Below, one piece after another: positions 57,992-64,000 of a DNA stretch of 64,000 bases (positions within the stretch are counted from its first letter, which is position 1; each line of letters begins with the position of its first letter). The DNA is from an uncultured Muribaculaceae bacterium. GTDB lineage: Bacteria > Bacteroidota > Bacteroidia > Bacteroidales > UBA932. Below the pieces are notes generated by a model. The model did not search any database and was not told where the DNA came from. It saw only the letters and a list, made by a program, of their open reading frames with translations. Made by a program: the position numbers and the translations under genes. The stretch lies in assembly GCA_964569595.1 (NCBI GenBank), contig CAZMTY010000001.1, positions 19,447 to 83,446 on the forward strand, written 5' to 3'.

Positions 57992-58363
57992 TTACTTTGG
58001 CCTCTTAGCGCCGTAAAGTGAACGTGACTGAGTGCGTCCTTCAACACCGGCGGTATCCAAAGCGCCTCTGAGGATGTGGTAACGTACACCCGGAAGGTCC
58101 TTTACACGACCGCCGCGAACAAGCACGATTGAGTGCTCCTGCAGGTTGTGACCTTCGCCGGGAATGTAGGCATTTACCTCCTTGGAATTCGTGAGACGTA
58201 CACGGGCAACCTTACGCATTGCTGAGTTAGGCTTCTTGGGGGTCGTGGTGTAGACCCTGACGCATACGCCACGCTTCTGGGGGCAAGCATCCAAGGCACG
58301 GGATTTTGACTTTACCTCAATAACCTCGCGTCCTTTGCGAACCAATTGTTGAATTGTGGGCAT
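57992..58363 (-). CDS. rpsL: 30S ribosomal protein S12
   Basis: 123 aa. [13 protein letters not shown]...[18 protein letters not shown]...[13 protein letters not shown]. Confidence 0.95.
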   Translation of the reverse strand: MPTIQQLVRKGREVIEVKSKSRALDACPQKRGVCVRVYTTTPKKPNSAMRKVARVRLTNSKEVNAYIPGEGHNLQEHSIVLVRGGRVKDLPGVRYHILRGALDTAGVEGRTQSRSLYGAKRPK

Positions 58364-58382
58364 AAATGGTTTTTAAAATAAC

Positions 58383-58412
58383 ATTATAAAAGCCCCCAAA
58401 AAATTGGGGGCT
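58383..58412 (-). terminator. hairpin between the upstream lipoprotein gene and rpsL (terminator and/or rpsL 5' leader stem)
   Basis: On the minus strand: AGCCCCCAATTTTTTGGGGGCT (58391-58412) followed by TTTATAATG. It lies downstream of the candidate rpsL -7 box, so it may sit in the rpsL leader rather than act only as a terminator. Confidence 0.5.
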
Positions 58413-58413
58413 G

Positions 58414-58421
58414 CAAATATA
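58414..58421 (-). promoter_or_regulatory. -7 promoter box (TATATTTG on minus strand) for the str operon
   Basis: CAAATATA on the + strand. A second match, TACTTTTG, lies at 58441-58448. Confidence 0.45.
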
Positions 58422-58448
58422 GTCAAAATTGAACAATTTGCAAAAGTA

Positions 58449-60089
58449 TTATCTATAGTTTGCAAATTCTACGTCCTTTTCTGCCTTTGCCATGAGTTCG
58501 GGAGATGCAGCGGCCACCTTCTCGAGATAAGCTGCAACATCATCGGCCTTGCCCTGACGGGCTGCGATAACGGCCCTGAGGTAGTTGCTCTTGGGGCAGT
58601 CGCAGGTCAGCAGTGAGGATGCCTTGTCGTAGTTGCCTACGAGCACGTTGGCAAGAGCCTCATAGTATCCGCCGGTTCCGGAGAGAGTGTTGACGGCGGC
58701 AGCGTAGTCGCCCTTGAGAATCTGAACGATACCGAGGTTAACCTTTGCATCGGGGGTTCCGGCCTGGCTGAAGAGGGTCTCGGCTGCGTCAAGATTGCCC
58801 TTCTGGAGTTCGCATACACCCTTCGCGTTGGTAACGTCTGCATCGGGTTCCTTCACGGCGTTGAGATATCCGGCTGCCTTGTCGGCGTCCTTCTCGTTGA
58901 GAGCGAGAACAGCAAGATTGAACCTTGCCCTGTCGGAATCGAACTTGTTCACGGCAAGCTCATAGATCTCAACCTTGCGGCTGTCGTCAACCAGAGTGGC
59001 GACTCTGAGCAGAGCTTCCTCGTCGAAGAGTTCAACAGAGGAGTTTACAAGCTCGGTGAGTTCCTCGTTGGAGTAGTTCTGGAAGTCGAGGTCAGCGATG
59101 AACCTTGCGCGGCGCAGACCGGGGAATATGTCCTTGGCAATCTCCTGATATACCTGTGACATGTTGCGGATTTCGCTTTCACGCACTGCAGGGTCGCTGT
59201 ACATTGAGAGCACACGGAGAATCAGTTCCTTGTCCTCGAGGTCAGAGTTGCTTACGGCCTCCTGGAAACCTTCCCAGTCCTGACCTACGCTCTGTACCTG
59301 GATTTCATTGGCTTCCATTCCGTTGGTAACCTTGTCCCATACCTTCTCGGCAGAAGCTGCACGCCTGTCGGAAAGCTTGGCATTGTACTCCTGGCCTCCC
59401 TCGGGAGATGCGTAGGAAACGATTCTGGTTCCGGCAACGGTGTAGCGGGGATTCTCGGCGATTTCGGCAAGTGACTCCTGGAGAGACTGAACGGATGCTG
59501 ACCTCAGCTCGCTGTTCTTCACTACGGCTGAATTGTAGTCATACATTACCTGTCCTTCGGTGCTCTCGCGGATAACATCCTGGTATGCGTCTGCCTTGAA
59601 GCTGTATACGCCACGCTTGCCGGCGAGCATCTGGGTAACGTTGAGTCCGTCAGCAGCCTTCATGGCGGGAACTTCAACCTCGGTGGTCTTGTAGGAAGCC
59701 ACGCTGCGCAGTTCCAGATAGCACTTCTCCATTCCGGGAACATACTCGTAGCTTACCTTCATGGTCACTGAACCGCCGGAATATGAAACAACGGGATAGT
59801 TGTCCTTAACCTTCTCTCCCTGATAGGTGAAAGTCTGGGCAGCCACCTCGCCGCCCTCATAAACCAGCACGGGGGTAACCTTGAGGAGAGCCTTGGTGTA
59901 GAAATACTTGGCCGGGAAGGTAACCGTAACCTCAGCGTCAACCTTGTTGCCTACGAGCGTAAGCACCTCGGGAGTACAGGAGACATCAACGTTCTCCGCA
60001 AGTTTCATCTGTTCGGTCCTGGACTTTGCGCAGGATACAGACAAGACGGCTATTGCACAAACCGCCAAAAGATTCAGAATTTTTTTCAT
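58449..60089 (-). CDS. lipoprotein with central OmpA-like peptidoglycan-binding motif and C-terminal TPR-like repeats
   Basis: 546 aa. Lipobox LSVSCAK. SYASPEGGQEYNAKLSDRRAASAEKV resembles the OmpA_C core. The last ~200 aa are Ala/Leu/Asn helical repeats. Confidence 0.5.
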   Translation of the reverse strand: MKKILNLLAVCAIAVLSVSCAKSRTEQMKLAENVDVSCTPEVLTLVGNKVDAEVTVTFPAKYFYTKALLKVTPVLVYEGGEVAAQTFTYQGEKVKDNYPVVSYSGGSVTMKVSYEYVPGMEKCYLELRSVASYKTTEVEVPAMKAADGLNVTQMLAGKRGVYSFKADAYQDVIRESTEGQVMYDYNSAVVKNSELRSASVQSLQESLAEIAENPRYTVAGTRIVSYASPEGGQEYNAKLSDRRAASAEKVWDKVTNGMEANEIQVQSVGQDWEGFQEAVSNSDLEDKELILRVLSMYSDPAVRESEIRNMSQVYQEIAKDIFPGLRRARFIADLDFQNYSNEELTELVNSSVELFDEEALLRVATLVDDSRKVEIYELAVNKFDSDRARFNLAVLALNEKDADKAAGYLNAVKEPDADVTNAKGVCELQKGNLDAAETLFSQAGTPDAKVNLGIVQILKGDYAAAVNTLSGTGGYYEALANVLVGNYDKASSLLTCDCPKSNYLRAVIAARQGKADDVAAYLEKVAAASPELMAKAEKDVEFANYR

Positions 60090-60155
60090 ATGCTCACTAT
60101 TAGTAAAACAATGTCTTGATATTTTGGTCCGGAAGCAAAAATAAAGAAATTTAGT

Positions 60156-60163
60156 TAACTTTG
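60156..60163 (+). promoter_or_regulatory. -7 promoter box (TAACTTTG) for the sigma-54 activator gene
   Basis: TAnnTTTG match ending 5 nt before ATG 60169. Confidence 0.45.
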
Positions 60164-60168
60164 TTTAC

Positions 60169-61437
60169 ATGGATGCACAAGAACTGCAGAAACTGAAAAA
60201 TAAATTTGATATAGTCGGTAACGACACCGGTCTGAACCGGGCGATAGAGACGGCGGTCGCTGTCGCGCCCACCGATTTGACCGTGCTGATTACGGGGGAA
60301 AGCGGCGTAGGAAAAGAGAACATACCTCGTATTATTCACCAAAGCAGCAGGCGTCGTACCGGCAAATTTCTTGCCGTAAACTGCGGTGCAATTCCGGAAG
60401 GAACCATAAATGCCGAACTTTTCGGACACGAGAAAGGGGCCTTTACCGGGGCTATAGGGGAGCGTAAGGGATATTTTGAAGAAGCCAACGGCGGCACCCT
60501 GTTTCTCGACGAGATAGGGGAACTGCCGAAAGAGACCCAGGCCCTGCTGTTGCGGGTGCTTCAGGACGGAGAATATATAAGGGTAGGTTCATCGAAAGTC
60601 GAGAAGACGGACGTGCGGGTGATAGCGGCGACCAACGTGAATCTGGCGTACGCCGTGGCCACTGGAAAATTCCGCGAGGACCTGTATTACAGGCTCACCG
60701 GCATACAGATAATGATGCCCGCGTTGCGGGAAAGGAACAAGGACGACATTTACCTGCTCTTCCGCAAGTTCTCCTCGGATTTCGCAGAGAAATACGGACT
60801 GACGAAGGTGACCCTCGACCACAATGCCATAAACCTGCTGACTTCCTACAGGTGGCCGGGCAATATAAGGCAGCTCAAGAACATAGCGGAAACCGTGACC
60901 GCGCTCGAGTCGCATCCGCTGGTCCAGGGGTCGGAGAGGATAGAGATAGGCTCCATTACCCTCAGGGGCTATCTTCCCGAAGAGACGGGAGCCATGGTTG
61001 CCGCAAACACTAACGCGGCCAAACTCTCCGATGATGACATCCAGCGTATTGTAAGGGCTCTGTACGGGCTCAAACAGGAGGTGGATGAACTCCGCGGCAT
61101 TGTAATGTCCAAGGACTACCGCGCAGTGGCTTCGGAGAACGGCGGGTCAAGGATGTTGGGGCAGGGAGAAAGTTCCGTCCCGGTTCCATGGACTCCGCAA
61201 GTGCAAATCCAGCCCCAGGTGGGGCCCTCCGTACAGCCGCATGTACACGATGACGACGTTAACGAGGAAATTGAAGCCGAGCCGGAGCCCACGTCCCTGC
61301 GCAAACATAACGATGACCTTATATTGAAGTGCCTCGAGAAGCATGACGGTAACATCAAGGCCGCCGCCGCCGAACTTGGAATATCGGAAAGGACAATATA
61401 CCGCAGAAAAGCCGAAGTAAAGAATCTGAAGAAATGA
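60169..61437 (+). CDS. sigma-54-dependent transcriptional activator (bEBP) lacking an N-terminal sensory/receiver domain
   Basis: 422 aa. The AAA+ core starts near residue 12 (IVGNDTGL...ITGESGVGKE) and includes the GAFTGA loop (ELFGHEKGAFTGA). A Pro/Gln/Val-rich linker follows, then a C-terminal Fis-type HTH (AAAELGISERTIYRR). Confidence 0.85.
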   Translation: MDAQELQKLKNKFDIVGNDTGLNRAIETAVAVAPTDLTVLITGESGVGKENIPRIIHQSSRRRTGKFLAVNCGAIPEGTINAELFGHEKGAFTGAIGERKGYFEEANGGTLFLDEIGELPKETQALLLRVLQDGEYIRVGSSKVEKTDVRVIAATNVNLAYAVATGKFREDLYYRLTGIQIMMPALRERNKDDIYLLFRKFSSDFAEKYGLTKVTLDHNAINLLTSYRWPGNIRQLKNIAETVTALESHPLVQGSERIEIGSITLRGYLPEETGAMVAANTNAAKLSDDDIQRIVRALYGLKQEVDELRGIVMSKDYRAVASENGGSRMLGQGESSVPVPWTPQVQIQPQVGPSVQPHVHDDDVNEEIEAEPEPTSLRKHNDDLILKCLEKHDGNIKAAAAELGISERTIYRRKAEVKNLKK

Positions 61438-61958
61438 AAAGTACGATAACAAGAATCCTGTCCCTGTGCGCGGGAGTGGCCGCCATACTCATGACGGTGT
61501 CGTCCTGCGGCATATACACGTTCAGCGGAACCTCCATCCAGCCTGACGTGAGGACCATCACCATCAACTATTTCGAGTACAGGGCCCTGACGGTGAACCC
61601 GAGCCTGAGCAATGACCTGACCGAGGCAGTGCGCCAGAGGTTCAGGCAGATGACCAGCCTCGAGCAGGTCGATATGGACGGCGACCTCGAAATCGTCGGA
61701 GAGGTGACGGGCTACAACGTGTCGGCTTCTTCCGTGACGGCCAACGATTCGGCGGCGCAGAACAGGCTCACCGTTACGGTCAGAGTCAGTTTCACCAACA
61801 GGAAGTATCCCGAGGACGATTTCTCTAACAAGACTTTCTCGGCCTACTCTGACTACGACTCCACGCTGTCGCTTGATTCCGTGCAGGATACCCTCGTCGA
61901 CGAAATCATAGACACCATAGTGGAGGACATCTTCAACGCAACGGTAGCGCAATGGTAA
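61434..61958 (+). CDS. lptE: LPS-assembly lipoprotein LptE-like
   Basis: 174 aa. Lipobox MTVSSCG followed by IYTFSG...TITINYFEY. Size and position (before secG) match Bacteroidetes LptE. The start overlaps the activator stop (ATGA). Confidence 0.65.
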   Translation: MKSTITRILSLCAGVAAILMTVSSCGIYTFSGTSIQPDVRTITINYFEYRALTVNPSLSNDLTEAVRQRFRQMTSLEQVDMDGDLEIVGEVTGYNVSASSVTANDSAAQNRLTVTVRVSFTNRKYPEDDFSNKTFSAYSDYDSTLSLDSVQDTLVDEIIDTIVEDIFNATVAQW

Positions 61959-62530
61959 ACTTTATGGACATAAGCAAGCTCTCTTTGGAGGAGCTTGCCG
62001 GCGTGGTGGATATATATCCGTGGTATAGCGGCGCGAGAATGGAACTCTGCCGCAGAATGGCTTCGCTCGGGGCGCTCTCCGACAGCCAGATTTCCCGGAC
62101 GGCGATGTACATAGCCTCGCGGGAGCTGCTCTTTGAACTCGTGCATTCGGGCAAGAGGCCGGACTGTTCCGATGCGGAAGCCCGGAAACTTATAGGATCC
62201 TATCTGAAAGGGACCTCTAAAAACTCCTCAAGAAGAAGACCTTACGTCCCGGGAGGCGACTATTTCTCGCCGGAACAGTACGAACAGGTACGCGAACCCG
62301 ATGATGCGGCGCTCTCGAAATTCAAGGAACGTACTGTGGACCCCGCCTACTACTCGCCCCGTGAGGAAAGCAACGAGGAATTATATACCGAAACTCTCGC
62401 AAGAATCTATCTTGAACAGGATTACAGGGAAAAGGCCATAGAGATTTATTATAATCTAAGTTTGCGATATCCGGGAAAAAGTGTTTACTTTGCATCCCTG
62501 ATTGAAAAGATAAAACAAAAAGAGCAATAA
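61952..62530 (+). CDS. hypothetical protein (192 aa), C-terminal single TPR-like helix pair
   Basis: ATG 61952 overlaps the lptE stop region. No motif recognised other than EQDYREKAIEIYYNLSLRYPGKS. Coding potential is judged from length, operon context and codon pattern. Confidence 0.45.
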   Translation: MVNFMDISKLSLEELAGVVDIYPWYSGARMELCRRMASLGALSDSQISRTAMYIASRELLFELVHSGKRPDCSDAEARKLIGSYLKGTSKNSSRRRPYVPGGDYFSPEQYEQVREPDDAALSKFKERTVDPAYYSPREESNEELYTETLARIYLEQDYREKAIEIYYNLSLRYPGKSVYFASLIEKIKQKEQ

Positions 62531-62533
62531 CAA

Positions 62534-62902
62534 ATGAACGTTCTGTTTATAATTCTGACCGTTTTAATCGTTCTCGCAGCCATTCTTCTTATTATGGTAG
62601 TGCTGCTTCAGAGCGGTAAGGGCGCGGGTATGGCCAGCAATTTTGTGGCGGGAAACCAGACCCTCGGCGTGCGCCAGACCGCTGATATTCTTGAGAAGAT
62701 TACCTGGGGTCTTGTGTCATTTATCGTAGTGGTTTCCGTGGCCGCATCATTCACCCTCCGTTCCGGCAATGTAGGCACAGGCGTGGATGTTACCGATATG
62801 ATAGAGAATTCCGCGACCAACGCCCAGCCGGCCTTCCCTTCCGCACCCATACAGCAGGAAGCGCCCACTACGGAGACTCCCATTGAACTTTCCGCAGAAT
62901 AA
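62534..62902 (+). CDS. secG: preprotein translocase subunit SecG
   Basis: 122 aa. TM1, then LLQSGKGAGM (the SecG signature loop), TM2, and a Pro/Ala/Thr-rich tail. Confidence 0.85.
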   Translation: MNVLFIILTVLIVLAAILLIMVVLLQSGKGAGMASNFVAGNQTLGVRQTADILEKITWGLVSFIVVVSVAASFTLRSGNVGTGVDVTDMIENSATNAQPAFPSAPIQQEAPTTETPIELSAE

Positions 62903-62997
62903 GGCCTGTTTGAAAGCCTGAAGTGCTGACATTTTGTCAGTGGAATATGATTTGAACAGTTGTCGCCGGTCCACAAAAAGGACTGGTGATAATTGTT

Positions 62998-64000
62998 ATG
63001 GAAAACAGCAAATACGAATACCTAAGCAAGTATGCCATAGACCTCAACGAGTCTGCGGCGAAAGGAAAACTTGATCCCGTAATAGGCAGGGATGAAGAGA
63101 TAAGGAGGGTTCTCCAGATTCTCAGCAGGAGGACCAAGAACAATCCCATACTCGTCGGTGAGCCCGGAGTGGGCAAGACGGCGATATCTGAAGGCATAGC
63201 ACAGAAAATAGTCAACGGACAGGTGCCCGAGAACCTCAAGAACCGCAAGGTGTTCTCCCTCGACATGGGTGCGCTGATTGCCGGCGCCAAATATCAGGGC
63301 GAATTCGAGGAAAGGCTCAAGGGCGTGGTCAAGGAGGTGGTCGACAGCGAGGGGCAGATTATCCTGTTCATAGACGAGATACACACGCTGGTGGGTGCGG
63401 GCAGGTCTTCCGGGGCCATGGACGCTTCCAATATCCTCAAGCCGGCCCTGGCAAGGGGGGAACTGCGCACCATAGGTTCCACTACCCTCGACGAGTACCA
63501 GAAATATTTCGAGCAGGACAAGGCCCTCGAACGCCGTTTCCAGAAGGTTATGGTGGACGAGCCGACCCCGGCGCAGTCAATAGCGATACTCAGGGGCCTC
63601 AAGGAGAAATACGAGAACCACCACAAGGTGAGCATCGAGGATGATGCCCTCATTGCGGCGGTCAATCTAAGCCACCGTTATATCACCAACCGTTTTCTGC
63701 CTGACAAGGCCATAGACCTCGTGGATGAGGCCGCGTCAAAACTGCGTTTGGAGATGAATTCCGTTCCGGAACCCATTGCCGGGCTGAACAGCAAGATACG
63801 CCAGCTGGAAATCGAGCGTGAGGCCATTAAGCGCGAGGGTGTCAGCTTGAAGTCGGAGAAAATCGACGAGGAGCTCAAGAAGGCCAAGGAGGAGAGGGAT
63901 GCCCTTACCCGGCGCTGGGATGAGGAAAAGAGCATAGTTACTGAACTCAACAAGCTCAGGCAGAGCATGGAGGATTACAAGAGGGACGCTGAAATAGCCG
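62998..64000 (+). CDS. clpB: ATP-dependent chaperone ClpB lacking the N-terminal domain; first ~334 codons, continues right of the window
   Basis: The frame is open from ATG 62998 to the window end. My translation is [63 protein letters not shown]...[13 protein letters not shown]...ALERRFQKV..., followed by an M-domain coiled coil. An in-frame TGA at 62953-55 and the secG stop at 62902 leave no room for the ~145-aa N-domain. Confidence 0.9.
   Translation, partial: MENSKYEYLSKYAIDLNESAAKGKLDPVIGRDEEIRRVLQILSRRTKNNPILVGEPGVGKTAISEGIAQKIVNGQVPENLKNRKVFSLDMGALIAGAKYQGEFEERLKGVVKEVVDSEGQIILFIDEIHTLVGAGRSSGAMDASNILKPALARGELRTIGSTTLDEYQKYFEQDKALERRFQKVMVDEPTPAQSIAILRGLKEKYENHHKVSIEDDALIAAVNLSHRYITNRFLPDKAIDLVDEAASKLRLEMNSVPEPIAGLNSKIRQLEIEREAIKREGVSLKSEKIDEELKKAKEERDALTRRWDEEKSIVTELNKLRQSMEDYKRDAEIA

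Overview
This 64-kb window reads as core chromosome of a Bacteroidales (Bacteroidota) genome. The hallmarks are TAnnTTTG -7 promoter boxes a few nt upstream of ATGs, no Shine-Dalgarno sequences, an S46 peptidase, LptC/LptE/TonB/PpiD envelope genes and an EF-G2 paralog. I can support 51 protein-coding genes (glyQS and clpB run off the ends), one tRNA(CAU), eight hairpin terminators and about a dozen -7 boxes. There is no rRNA, CRISPR array, intact IS, prophage, or recognisable defence or secretion island.

Gene content is housekeeping:
- Fe-S assembly: sufS, sufE, a DUF59 protein, apbC
- DNA repair: ruvA, ruvB, mfd, mutS, rnhB
- Respiration: frd/sdh AB
- Folate and thymidylate: folK, thyA, folA
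- Galactose: galK, galM
- LPS transport and envelope: lptC, lptE, ppiD, tonB, secG
- The str operon: rpsL, rpsG, fusA, rpsJ
- A GH28/GT4/YfhO glycan cluster

I did not find an obvious multi-gene novel system. The structures that ordinary annotation does not explain are:
1. A dense array of nine DnaA-box-like 9-mers plus an AT-rich tract in the ruvB/mfd divergent spacer, where gene orientation flips. This is a candidate oriC or a repair-gene iteron operator.
2. A family of ~190-bp nested-palindrome repeats, with two full copies and one half copy. The half copy sits at a synteny break.
3. A MITE with a 9-bp target duplication, derived from an IS4-like element.
4. A GTPase-motif-degenerate EF-G paralog convergent with the canonical fusA operon.
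5. A genomically encoded N-domain-less ClpB.
6. frdAB without a membrane-anchor gene, placed 34 nt behind ruvB.
7. A 986-aa HExxH / beta-propeller / barrel-like secreted protein.
8. A ~6-kb low-GC block of core genes, and about 1 kb of unassigned sequence upstream of ychF.

All calls come from reading the sequence and the ORF translations. No database search was run.
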